Assembly (NCBI GenBank): GCA_030390025.1
Contig: CM059433.1
Location: 2,542,001-2,606,000, forward strand
Direction of reading: 5' to 3'
Length of the DNA stretch: 64,000 bases
Source of the DNA: Squalus acanthias
Taxonomy: Eukaryota
This document shows, one piece after another, positions 1-11,835 of the stretch. The notes below the pieces were generated by a model, which saw nothing but the letters and a program-made list of their open reading frames with translations, did not search any database and was not told where the DNA came from. Made by a program: the position numbers and the translations under genes. Every line of letters begins with the position of its first letter. Position 1 is the first letter of the stretch.

Positions 1-1340
1 ATGGAAGGTGTCGTCGATAGTGCTATCAAGCGGCACTTACTCACCAATAACCTACTTATTGAAGCCCAGTTTGGGTTCCACCAGGACCACTCGGCTCCAG
101 ACCTCATTACAGCATTGGTCCAAACATGGTCAAAGGAGCTGAATTCCAGAGGTGAGGTGAGAGTAATTGCCCTTGACATCAAGGCAGCATTTGACTGAGT
201 GTGGCATCAAGGAGCCCTAGTAAAACTGAAGTCAATGGGAATCGGGGGGAAAACTCTCCACTGGCTGGAGTCATACCTAGCACAAAGGAAGATGGTTGTG
301 GTGGTTGGAAGACAATCATCACAGCCCCAGGACATCGCTGCAGGAGTTCCTCAGGGCAGTGTCCTAGGCCCAACCATCTTCAGCTGCTTCATCAATGACC
401 CTCCCTCCAACATAAGGTCGGAAATGGGGATGTTCGCTGATGACTGTACAGTGTTCAGTGCCATTCGCAACTCCTCAGATAATGAAGCAGTCCATGCGCA
501 AATGCAACAAGACCTGGACGAAAATCAGAGTTGGGCTGATAAGTGACAGGTAACATTCGCGCCACACCAGTGCCAGGCAATGACTCTCTCCAACAAGCGA
601 GCATCTAACCATCTCCCTTGACATTCAACGGCATTACCATCGCTGAATCCCCCACTATCAACATCCTGGGGGTCACCATTAACCAGAAACTTAATTGGAC
701 CAGCCACATAAATACTGTGGCAACAAGAGCAGGTCAGAGGCTGGATATTCTGCGGCGAGTGTCTCACCTCCTGACTCCCCAGAGCCTTTCCACCATCTAC
801 AAGGCACAAGTAAGGGGTGTGATGGAATACTCTCCACTTGCCTGGATGAGTGCAGTTCCAACAACACTCAAGAAGCTCGACACCATCCAGGACAAAGCAG
901 CCCGCTTGATTGGCACCCCATCCACCACCTTAAACATTTACTCCCTCCACCACCGGCGAACCGTGGCTGCAGTGTGTACTATCTACAAGATGCACTGCAG
1001 CAACTCGCCAAGGCTTCTTCGGCAGCACCTCCCAAACCCGCGACCTCTTCCACCTAGAAGGACAAGGGCAGCAGGCGCATGGGAACACCACCACCTCCAT
1101 GTTCCCCTCCAAGTCACACACCATCCTGACTTGGAAGTATATCGCCAATCCTTCATCGTCGCTGGGTCAAAATCCTGGGACTCCCTACCTAACAGCACTG
1201 TGGGAGTACCATCACCACACGGACTGCAGCTGTTCAAGAAGGCGGCTCACCACCACCTTCTCAAGGGCAACTAGGGATGGGCAATAAATGCTGGCATTGC
1301 CAGTAACGCCCTGATCCCATAAAAAAACAATTTAAAAAAA
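1..1340 (+). mobile_element. LINE family B (CR1/L2-group RT retrotransposon), 3' part, decayed
   Basis: RT motifs LDIKAAFD, GVPQGSVLGP and MFADD lie in stop-broken ORFs 1-198, 199-546 and 618-1274. The 3' end GGGCAATAAATGCTGG...ATCCCAT plus A-tail is shared with other copies in the window. Confidence 0.93.
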
Positions 1341-2284
1341 AACTTACTTTGCACCTCCACTCTTCACTCTCCCTCTATCTATATTATCAATTCCCCATCT
1401 CACGAGCCACCCCTCACACTCACCCTCATCCTAGTCCAATCATACCAACTAGCAACACATAAGGGTAGCCACTTGGGTGTTTTATCCGATGTTCATGTAA
1501 AGTTTCTGTTAATGTGCTGTCAAACATTGAAACCTTTATTTTCAACACTTTGTGTTTTTGACAGATTTGTGTGCACCTTTGGAAGTGGCTTAGTGAGTTG
1601 CAGTGAATGGTGAGACATAACGGTACCCCCCGCAATGGTGAGGAGTGTGAAAGAAATGGCTTGGGCATTGTAGGGATGTTTTATGGTGTTGGTGTATGGT
1701 GGTGCCAACCTGGTGCATCATGTGTCAGCCAGGGTGTACAGCTTCAAGTGAAACAAATCTGACCATGATGAGGCCATCCCTGGCATCCCGGGCAGCAATG
1801 TGGTTGGGTGCTGATGCCCTCTGTCCTGTGCAGCATCAGGTGATTGCGAAGAAGGTTGGTGTTGTTGGTGATGCTGGTGTTGGGGCTGATCGTGGTGGGA
1901 TTCTGAGGACCAAGGTGAGAGAGTTTCAAGGGCACCGATGCTGATGTAATAGATGGCAGGTGAACTTGGGATGACAGAAGCGATCTGTCAGTGGTGAGAG
2001 AGGTTGTTCCAATGAGGTGACACTGGAAAGAGAGTTTGCTCCAAACACTTGCAACGTGCATAAAGCGCAATCTGTCTTCCAAATGCAATAAGCAACAGCT
2101 TCTGAGCGTGGAAAGTGAACAGCTGTGAGATGGGCGCTTTTATAGGACATTTGCAGCTGTCAATTAATGAGATGATTCCATGGTCATACAACTGCCGACC
2201 TGCTTACCTGATGTGATCCCCGAGCAGCGTGGACCCTGTGGGCGACCTCGTAAAATGTAAAGGTGAGCTCAAAATACTTCTTAA

Positions 2285-3474
2285 TAGAAACATAGAAGAT
2301 AGGAGCAGGAGTAGGCCATTCGGCACTTCAAGCCTGCTCCGCCATTCAATGAGATCATGGCTGATCATCCAAAATCAGTACCCTGTCCCTGCTTTCTCCC
2401 CATATCCCTTGACCCCTTTAGCCTTAAGAACTATATCTAACTCCTTCTTGAATATATTTAATGATTTGGCCTCAACTGCCTTCTGTGGTAGAGAATTCCA
2501 CAGGTTCACCACTCTCTGGGTGAAGAAATTCCTCCTCATCTCAGTCCTAAATGGCTTACCCCTTATCCTTAGACTGTGACCCCTGGTTCTGGACTCCCCC
2601 GCCATCGGGAAGATCCTTCCTGCATCTAGTCTGTCTAGTCCTGTTAGAATTTTATAAGTTTCAATGAGATCCCCTCTCATTCTTCTAAACTCCAGCGAGT
2701 ATAAGCCTAATCGACCCAATCTCTCTTCATACGTCATCCCTGCCATCCCAGGTATCAGTCTGGTGAATCTTCGCTGCACTCCCTCCATGGCAAGAGCATC
2801 CTTCCTCAGATAAGGCGACCAAAGCTGCACACAATACTCAAGATGTGGTCTCATCAAGGCCTTGTACAACTGCAGCAAGACATCCCTGCTCCTGTACTCG
2901 AATCCTCTCGCTATGAAGGCCAACATACCATTTGCCTTCTTAACCGCCTGCTGCACCTGCATGCTTACCTTCAGTGACTGGTGCACAAGGGCACCCAGGT
3001 CTCGTTGCATCTCCCCTTTTCCCAATCTATTGCCGTTCAGATAATAATCTGCCTTCCTGTTTTTGCCACCAAAGTGGATAACCTCACATTTATCCACATT
3101 ATACTGCATCTGCCATGCATTTGCCCACTCACCCAACCTGTCCAAATCATACTGGAGTTTCTCTGCATCCTCCTCACAGCTCACTCGCCCACCCAGCTTT
3201 GTGTCATCTGCAAACTTGGAGATATTACATCTAGTTCCCTCATCTAAGTCATTAATATATATTGTGAATAGCTGGTGTCTTAGCACCGATCTCTGCGGTA
3301 CCCCACTAGTCACTGCCTGCCACTGGGAAAAAGACCCGTTTATTCCAACTCTTTGCTTCCTGTCTGCCAACCAGTTCTCTATCCAAGTCAGTACCTTACC
3401 CCCAATCCCATGTGCTTTAACTTTGCATGCTAATCTCTTATGCGGGATCTTGTCGAAAGCCTTCTGAAAGTCCA
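2285..3474 (-). mobile_element. LINE family A (CR1 clade, HER1-like), 5'-truncated RT
   Basis: ORF 2375-3577 contains DFQKAFDK, SGVPQ, KFADD and RPHLEYC. A 3' stem-loop and (TTTCTATG)-type tail are present. Confidence 0.95.
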
Positions 3475-3475
3475 T

Positions 3476-4140
3476 AGGGTCTAATGAGAGGGAGGAACTG
3501 AATGAAATCAGCGAGAGGATTAGAGTATAGGAGCAAGGATGTCTTGCTACAGTTGTACAGGGCCTTGGTGAGACCACACCTTGAGTATTGTGTGCAGTTT
3601 TGGTCGCCTTATCTGAGGAAGGATGTTCTTGCCATGGAGGGAGTGCAGCGAAGATTCACCAGACTGATACCTGGGATGGCAGGAATGACGTATGAGGAGA
3701 GATTGGGTCGATTGGGCTTATATTCGCTGGAGTTTAGAAGAATGAGAGGGGATCTCATTGAAACTTATAAAATTCTAACAGGACTAGACAGACTAGATGC
3801 AGGAAGGATGTTCCCGATGGCAGGGGGAGTCCAGAACCAGGGGTCACAGTCTAAGGATAAGGGGTAAGCCATTTAGGACAGAGATGAGGAGAAATTTCTT
3901 CACCCAGAGAGTGGTGAACCTGTGGAATTCTCTACCACAGAAGGCAGTTGAGGCCAATTCATTAAATATATTCAAGAAGGAGTTAAATATATTTCTTAAG
4001 GCTAAAGGGATCAAGGGATATGGAGAGAAAGCAGGGACAGGGTACTGAATTTGGATGATCAGCCATGATCTCATTAAATGGCGGAGCAGGCTCAAGGGGC
4101 CGAATGGCCTACTCCTGCTCCTATTTTCTATGTTTCTATG
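3476..4140 (+). mobile_element. LINE family A 3' fragment with a short upstream-derived leader
   Basis: ORFs 3502-3867 and 3797-4048 end KGYGEKAGTGY, followed by a TTTCTATG tail at ~4125-4140. Confidence 0.93.
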
Positions 4141-4620
4141 GTTCTTTGTTTCCCGACCTCTCTGGGAGGTTATTTGTGTCCTCCTTTGTGAAGACAGAAC
4201 CAAAGTATGTATTTAATTGGTCGGCCATTTCTTTGTTCCCCATTATAATTTCCCCTGATTCTGACTGCAAGGGACCTACGTTTGACTTCACTAATCTTTT
4301 TCTCTTCACATATCTATAGAAGCTTTTACAGTCAGTTTTTATGTTCCCTGAAAGCTTACTCTCATACTCTATTTCCCCCCTCTTAATTAATCCCTTTGTC
4401 CTCCTTTGCTGAATCCTAATCTGCTCCCAATCCTCAGGTTTGCTGCTTTTTCTGGCCAATTTATATGTCCTCTCCTTGGATCTTATGCTGTCCCTAATTT
4501 CTCTTGTTAGCCACGGTTGAGCCACCTTTCCTGTTTTATTTTTATGCCAGGCAGGGATGAACAGATTCTGTAGTTCATTCATGTGATCTTTAAATGTTTG
4601 CCATTGCCTATCCACCATCA
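4141..4620 (-). mobile_element. LINE family A internal fragment (region between endonuclease and RT)
   Basis: ORF 4136-4621 contains QPWLTREI...KSFYRYVKRKR...LNTYFGSVFTKED, typical of CR1 ORF2. Confidence 0.88.
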
Positions 4621-4965
4621 CCGTAAATGGGCTGTTAACAAGGACATAATGACCTGAATTGCCTCCCCCACCGCTGTGTGTCGGGTCTGTTCAGCGCTGA
4701 CAGACCCGACATCTGGGAAAGGCGCATGGCGGCTGGTTGACAGAGGGGACCGACCCGCTGTCAACATTTTTTTTTCGCCACCGAACCCGCCCGTTGACCC
4801 CCCCGAAAAAATCCCCCTTAGTTGCCAGAGTTGTCCCCCTCTGGGGACAGAGGTCTTCGCACCTGCTAATGTAACAGCTGGGGGTGTGGTGAATCAGGTG
4901 TGCTGATCTCTGTGCCAAATTCCCCAATCCACACTCCAGGCAAGTGGTCAGGTATTAGAATTATG

Positions 4966-5565
4966 GGGCCTAAATTCAACATTGTTATGCCTGTTTTACA
5001 GCGTGAAATGGGTGCAACGATAACCAATTTTTAAGGGCAGAGACCCGCATCCGATCTGCAGCGCCATTGGTTGGGGCCTTTCTTTAGTTGGCCCTGCCAG
5101 CTGCCTGAGATCAGCACAGGCCTCATTTCAATATTGAAATGAGGCTCCTGCGGCTATTACAGACCCGGAATCCTAAATTCATTTATACTAGTCGAAGGTT
5201 GTGGTGGAGGCCGCTCAAATAAAGGCCTCAAAACCTTGTGAAATTTAGTTTTTTGTGGAATCGGTAGGAATGCTCCTCCTGGCTCTGCAAAGTAACCGCA
5301 CACCACTGCTAGCCGGCCCTCTCCCCCTTCCCAATCGCCTCCCACCCAAACTTACCTGTGGGCCAAGCACCAGCCAAAAATTGGCTTGGCCCAGACAGGC
5401 AAGACATCTCTGGGTGCAGCATTGGAGCCTGCAGCTCTCCTTCATTCTAATGATGAGCGCCCAAGGACGAATTTAGCTCGGGCCTCACGCCTCTCTGTTC
5501 TGGTGTGCCATCACTGCCTGACGCTAGAATCATGACCGCTTAGGGGCGCTAATGAAATTAGGCCC
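4966..5565. mobile_element. Harbinger-type MITE (GGGCCTAAATTC TIR)
   Basis: TIRs GGGCCTAAATTC...GAAATTAGGCCC with near-TSD ATG/GTG. The internal CTCCTCCTGG and AACTTACC motifs are shared with other MITEs here. Confidence 0.6.
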
Positions 5566-5589
5566 GTGTGTGGGGCAAGTAGTAAGTTG

Positions 5590-5935
5590 AAACGTAGGAG
5601 CAGGAGGAGGCCATTCAGCCCCTCGTGCTTGTTCCGTCATTCAATTAGATCATGGGTGATCTGTACCTCAACTGAACTTACCCAACTTTACTCCATATCC
5701 TTTGATACCCTTACCTAACAAAAATATATCAACCTCACACTTGAAAATTTCAATTGACCCAGCACACACAGCCTTTTGGGGGAGCGAGTTCTGGATTTCC
5801 ACTACCCTTTGTGTGAGAAGTGCTTCCTGATTTCATGCCTAAATGCCCGAGCTCTAATTTTAAGATTGTGCCCCCTTATTCTGGACTCCCTCACTGGAGG
5901 AAACGATTTCTCTGTATCTACCTTATTGAATCCAA
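5590..5935 (-). mobile_element. Older CR1-type LINE 3' fragment
   Basis: The reverse complement carries the family-A-like 3' UTR stem-loop (AGGAGCAGGAGGAGGCCATTCAGCCCCTCG) and degenerate terminal ORF sequence. Confidence 0.8.
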
Positions 5936-6049
5936 GCACCTCGAGAAAAAGGTCAACATTCCATTAGATTGTTTTGATTGTTTTTTGTTTTTTGTACTTG
6001 TGCACTAGCTTTTAGTGATTTGTGAAGCTGGACTCCTCCACAGCTCCGA

Positions 6050-6679
6050 GGGGGAAAAATTTGGTTGCTTTGCGCCTCCCGGGAGGGGCGCAAACGGTGC
6101 GCAAAGCCCCTAGCGCCCGGGCACGGTGCCACTAACGCCTTCCGCGAAATTCAGCGGGAGGTTAGCGGCGGCGGTAGCCGGTAGCGCCCCGATTCGCTGC
6201 GCCTCCGGCGATGACATCATCGCCGTGTGCAGTGCCCCGGCCGCAAACTTGGCTCCCGCCCCCTGACCTACCGCCGGACACTATGGTCGATAGGGTCAGG
6301 GGGGCGTTTTTGCGGCCTTGCCGGCGATAATTAAAGGGCAGGTGCTGGGCGACCATTTTTTTGGGGCCACCTAACAGCACCTGCCCCCTCTCGCCTCCCC
6401 CTGCAGGGTGCCAGCTGTGATCGCTCCTCTTGAGTGCCGGGCTGTTTTCTGGCACCCCACTCCCAGGTGGTCCAGCAGGGCCCTGGTGCACGCTGTGCTA
6501 GGCCCCTCCCCTTTAATCAGGGGAGGGAGGCCTGCAGTACCACTGTTGCACGTAATGCTGCGATATTCAATGGGAGTGCCCCAAGAGGGAGGGGGAGTGC
6601 GTCCAGTAGCGCCCCACCTCCTGCTTGGGGCGCTACCATTTAATTTCGGACGCAGGGGGCGCAGCCCAATTTTTCCCCC
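6050..6679. mobile_element. Harbinger-type MITE, GGGGG(A/G)AAATT family
   Basis: TIRs GGGGGAAAAATT...AATTTTTCCCCC, GC-rich body, repeated TAGCGCC motifs, and similarity to 13261 and 22763. Confidence 0.8.
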
Positions 6680-6681
6680 CT

Positions 6682-7690
6682 AAACTCTTACCATTAGAAG
6701 AAAATCTGATTTGTCTTTATTGGATCCAAGGTGGATGACCTCACACTTCCCCACAGTGAATTCCATCTGCCACAATTTTGCAGCACTTTTAGTCTGTCTA
6801 AATGATGAGGTAGAAAGCCACATATCAAAATTTGCCAATGACATAAAGATAGGCGGCATTCTAGGCAGTGTAGATGGAAGCATAAAATTACAAAGGGATA
6901 TCGATAGATTAAGTGATGGGCAAAACTGTGGCAAATGGATTTCAATGTAGGTAAATATGAGGTCATCCATTTTAGACCTAAAAAGGATAGAACAGGGTAC
7001 TTTCTAAATGATGAAAAGCTAAAAACAGTGGAGGTCCAAAGAGACTTGGGGGTCCAGGTACATCGATCATTGAAATGTCATGAACAGGTACAGAAAATAA
7101 TTAAAAAAACTAATGGAATGCTGGCCTTTATATCTAGAGGACTAGAGTACAAGGGGGCAGAAGTTATGCTGCAGCTGTACAAAGCCCTGGTTAGACCACA
7201 CCTGGAGCACTGTGAGCAGTTCTGGGCACCACACCTTAGGAAGGATATATTGGCCTTGGAGGGAGTGCAGTGTAGGATTACCAGAATGATACCCGGACTT
7301 CAAGGGTTAAACTATGAGGAGGGATTACACAAACTAGGGTTGTGTTCACTGGAATTTAGAAGGTTAAGGGGTGATTTGGTTAAAGTTTTCAAGATATTAA
7401 GGGGAACTGATAGGGCAGATATAGTGAAACTATTTTTGCTGGTTGGGGAGTCTGGGAGTAGAGGGCACAAAAGGCGGTAGAAGTTTGGAACTCTCTTCCG
7501 TAAATGGCAATTGATGCTCGATCAATTGTTAATTTTAAATCTGAGATTGATAGATTTTTGTTAACCAAAGGTATTAAGGGATATGGGGCAAAGGCGGGTA
7601 TATGGGGTTAGATCACAGATCAGCCATGATCTCATTGAATGGCGGACCAAGCTCGAGGGGCTGAATGGCCTCCTCCTGTTCCTATGTCGG
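6682..7690 (+). mobile_element. CR1-type LINE, 5'-truncated, with an inverted 5' piece at 6682-6790
   Basis: ORFs 6711-6950 and 6935-7480 (SKFAND, RPHLEHC) and a 3' UTR stem-loop near 7640-7685. 6682-6790 encodes WQMEFTVGKCEVIH on the minus strand. Confidence 0.88.
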
Positions 7691-8268
7691 TTTGTAACTT
7701 CCTGCTCCCATCTATACAATTTCCTGTGCCTTTCAACCACTTTTGGAAGCCACCACCTTGAGGTCTGGAGAAGCAAGTTGAAAGTGAATATGTCAGATAA
7801 GGGTTACCACTCTTGGTTTATAGGACTGCACACTTTACCTCAAATGATGAGTGTAAATCTGACGATAATGTTCCATTTAATATTGCAATGTGCCTTCAGG
7901 CAATCTGGAAAGAGCATAAATTTCTCCCAATATCATGGCATGTATAATGCAATTTGCATAAATCTGCTATTTTCACTTCTAATGGCTTCTTCCCTTGATT
8001 CTTTCTAACATTTCACACTGTCACTGCTGCAGATTTGCATGTATACTTTTAACAGCTACCATCTTCTTTCATACCGTGTGCTGATACTTTACAGGAACAT
8101 TCATGCCTTGTCTTTGTGGCCTTCTTTAAGTCTTCTGGACTTCCAGTCAGTCAAGTTGTTGAGTCATTCATTTGCTGCCTCCTTTGCTGTCCTCTCTCGC
8201 CAGAAATGCGCACATATCACTCCAACACAATTCCTGGGACTGGCAGGGCCCTATTTCTAAAAGGGAAT

Positions 8269-9766
8269 TGTCTCTGAATATTTGAGACAGATTTTAACTC
8301 GCAGTGGGTTTCCCGTGAGAACCAGTTAGTTCCTGACCTGCCAGCAAAAGGCCACGACATGAAGGGATAATTACTAGTCCTCGCCCATTTCGGGCCATCC
8401 CGGATCAGGCGTATTCCCCAGACGTTCACCTTCAACTAAAGTTAGAGATAGCCAAATCCTATAAGACGCTTAATTGGGTCTAAAGGTTCAGACTATCTCT
8501 CCCTAAAGGAAAGGAACGACTTAAAGATGTTACCGCCCTCCAGATAGCACTTTTAATAAGTTTAACTAGACTGTAACCTTCCGGACATTATGAGGGTCCG
8601 GAAAACCCCCCCAGAATTCTGCAACTCCTCACAAAAGAGTGTACAGAGATTGAGTTCGCGAGTTTGATACAGAAGTACTCTGTGAGACAATTCTAAAAAT
8701 ATATAGATTTATTAAAGAACCGACATTTAGTTAACAGTTGGTGAGTCAATCACAACTTTAACAGTTCAAAATACAAATAGCTTATAATTCTATTCTCAGG
8801 GATCCTTATTCTCAAATCTTAACTTTGTTTCATTTTTACATTTCTACTTATTCTTAATCCAGAATAGCCACCAAAATCAAATAAAAATACCTTTTGATCC
8901 CCGAGACTCAAAGAGTTAAAAACTTACAGAGCCTGCCTCTGAAGCTGAGAATCGCCTGCCCATTCCAGCGACTTCTGACTTTCTATCTGAAAGCTCTATA
9001 TTTTATACCCTTTTTGCAGTGGCATATTCTTTGAAGTTTTCTGCTGATGTAAGCTAATTATCTTCAGTCATCTTTCTGTTGACTTCTTTCTATTCTTACT
9101 GTCAATTCAGCTGCTAACTTGCAGAATTCTGTCTCTACCTTTAGGTGTTCGAAACTATCATAAAATATGGTATTACAGATTTATCTATTTGATGCCATTC
9201 TTACGAAGGTTTTCTATTGAATTCTTAAATCAGTTTAACTGCTTGTAAGCCAGACTTCTCGTCTCCTTGCGTTCCAAGTTCAACACATAAACAATGTGAT
9301 TGCTTGATGCATCTATTGATGTAATATTTACAAAGTCAATCTGTTTGTACCTTTTACAATATGTAAATCAAAAACACTTCAACTGAGTACTTAATTGTTT
9401 CCCCAGCCATCTTAGTTGGTTATATTACAAACTTATGTTTCCTGTCTTTCTTTTGATGTTACTTTTACAAAGACACATGGTTTTTTTTAATGTTCTGTGT
9501 TTCTGTTCGAAGTGTTAGCTTTTAACACTTTAAACTGGGTATTGCTATTGTGTTGGTTCCAAACTGCAGACTCCTTGGAAACAACTCTTTGCTTCTTCAA
9601 TAGGGCCATTGTCTCAGTGTTAACAACCATTTCCCATTTCAAAAGCTTGTATGGTGTTTACAGCTTTGTGTTAACAACTCATCTTATGTCAGACCCTGTA
9701 TTTACAGCTTGTGTTGTTGAGGCTTTTAGATTTTTAAACCCAGTTTGTCATATTTTAATAATGTCA
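8269..9766 (-). mobile_element. Candidate solo LTR (~1.5 kb)
   Basis: The minus strand has TATAAAA (~9001-9007) upstream of AATAAA (~8708-8713), giving U3-R-U5 order. TG...CA ends with a 4-bp TSD fit either 8269-9766 (GAAT) or 8283-9750 (TATT). No PBS or internal ORF was seen. Confidence 0.45.
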
Positions 9767-9819
9767 GAATTCTGTTCATAGGATGGTGTATTTTTCTGAA
9801 ATATGGCTATTCCTTTACA

Positions 9820-10305
9820 GACAATCTTACCCGCCAGGACTCGTTACCATGCCGCTGTTCCATTTCTCACCTGGAATGGGAATGCAGGTGTGGGAGGAAA
9901 TAAGGGTGGGAGACGGGGAATCCAGAGCAGGGGTGAGCCGGTCGGGCATTCCTGCTGCTCCTCGCTCCATAAAAGTAAATTAAAAAAAATATATACTTTT
10001 CAAGGCCTCGTCATGTCCTGACCCTCTTCAGATTTGCTTCACCTGGAGGGAAAGCTGTAGCAGCATCCAGCTCAGGCCGGAGTTAAAATGCCATTGGGGG
10101 TCTGATTGATGCCATTGGACCCCAATCTGCATATGTCTATTAGGACCCCACTGGCTTCAGGTGGGCACCTTTGCCACTTGCTCAGAAGAGCAGGTTAAAA
10201 TTGAACTTGGCAGGATCCAGGCAGCTTTCTGGTGGGTGAGTAACCTGGGACATTTTAACTGCCTGTCTGCCTGCTTCCGCCCAGATGGGTAGGGTTAAAA
10301 TCCCT
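9820..10305. mobile_element. Degenerate MITE (GATTTTAAC/GTTAAAATC-type ends)
   Basis: Ends in GGGTTAAAATCCC. The internal CTGCTCCTCGCTCCATAAAAG core resembles the MITEs at 33443 and 59834. Confidence 0.45.
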
Positions 10306-10374
10306 CCCCCTCCCCCCCCCCACCACCCCAAAAGTTCACTTTGCCAGTGACATCTTGCCACAATTGCTGTCTAT

Positions 10375-10603
10375 TTTGTCGGTATCCCGGCAATATTTAT
10401 CTCTCAATCAACATCACTAAAACAGATTATCTGGTCATTTATCACATGGCTGTTTGTGGGAGCTTGCTCTGCGCAAATTGGCTGCCAAGTTTCCTACATT
10501 ACAACAGTGACTACACTCCAAGAAGTACTTCATTGGCTGTAAAGTGCTTTGGGACGTCTGGTGGTTGTGAAAGGTGCTATAGAAATGCAAGTCTTTCTTT
10601 TGC
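10375..10603 (+). mobile_element. Deu-domain SINE (SacSINE1-like), 3' part
   Basis: Matches the 3' half of the full copy at 32500-32968 (AATATTTATC...GCTATAGAAATGCAAGTCTTTCTTT). Confidence 0.85.
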
Positions 10604-11499
10604 ATAGTTGTGGAGGGCAGTCTCTCACCCAGGGAGTTTTTAACCAAAAAAAACTCCATGGCTAGATTAATGAACTTTTTGAGATTTACAATCGTTAACT
10701 GACTTGTTAGCAGATTGAAGGTCTTAAAGGATCATGCTGCCGGTGCATTTTGATTGGCTGCTCGTTTATTGTTGTGGCTAATAAAATCACACTTTTGTTA
10801 GCATTTGTTAATTTTACAGAAAGAAAAGCCAATACTCCCACTTTTCAGTTAAAGAGGAATGCCAGATCCCAAGACCTATATTATAATCTTTGGGTGTCAG
10901 AAGCATTGTCAATATTACAAAAAAGATATTTTTAAAATTGCAAAAACTACTTTGCAAGAATCCACAATTCTGGTTGAGAGAGGTCTGATCACCGTTGTCT
11001 CCTTCGGGACTCCATTTTCCTGTCAGCAGCATTATCACATTAATTTGCATTACGTACCAATCATTAGTATATATAAAAAGGCTTATTGCGGTGATAGATT
11101 TGGAAAATGGCAAGTAACCTCTAATTGAGCTACATTACTGTCATCTGTAAACTAAACCGTTGTTTATTGGAAAATGTTACATTCCGGCACGAAGGGTAAG
11201 TGATGGAATTCACCACAAATGCAGTAAGTTTTCAGCTTGCTGTCCAGGTGTTAAACTGGCATCGTGGATCGGATGCTCGTTCTAGAGACCGCCCAATTTT
11301 CATTTCCGTACTCTGAAAATCTGCCACAATACTTGTCGAGCAGGCCTTAACAGTGGAAGCAGAGTGTTTGAAATGCTTTTTTGTAAGCTGAACCGCAGCC
11401 TCCAGTAACATAATGATCATTAACCAGACTGTGATTGTTTAACTGAGAAACATGTGGGTGGTTCGTAACTCAGAAGACGGAGACCTCAATATTTCTAAT

Positions 11500-11835
11500 C
11501 TGCATTCTCCCTGGCTGGAGAGTCTAGAACACGGGGTCACAGTCTCAGAATAAGGGGTCGGCTATTTAGGACTGAGATGAGGAGAAATTTCTTCACTCAG
11601 AGGGTGGTGGATCTTTGTAATTCTCTACCCCAGAGGGCTGTGGAGGATCAGTCATTGATTATATTCAAGACAGAGATCGATAGATTTTTAAATATTAAGG
11701 GAATCAAGGGATATGGGGATAGTGCAGGAAAGTGGAGATGAGGTAGAAGATCAGCCATGATCTTATTGAATGGCGGAGCAGGCTCGAAGGGCTAAATGGC
11801 CGACTCCTGCTCCTATTTCTTATGTTCGTATGTTA
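11500..11835 (+). mobile_element. LINE family A 3' fragment
   Basis: GAGAAATTTCTTCACTCAGAGGGTGGTG, then the 3' stem-loop and a TTCTTATG tail. Confidence 0.9.

Larger units (their letters stand above)
1344..4817. mobile_element. Internally deleted non-autonomous Harbinger related to 41711-44663 (inverted), interrupted by LINE A pieces at 2285-4620
   Basis: 1344-1470 matches the reverse complement of ~43920-44050. 1456-2200 matches the reverse complement of ~42000-42740. 4622-4817 loosely matches the reverse complement of 41711-41900 and ends in GAAAAAATCCCCC. Confidence 0.8.

Noticed and set aside
2229..3467. Antisense ORFs recurring opposite LINE copies (e.g. ...FHRFTTLWVKKFLLISVLNG...)
   Set aside because: They are shadows of the LINE ORF2 reading frame and recur only because the LINE is repeated.
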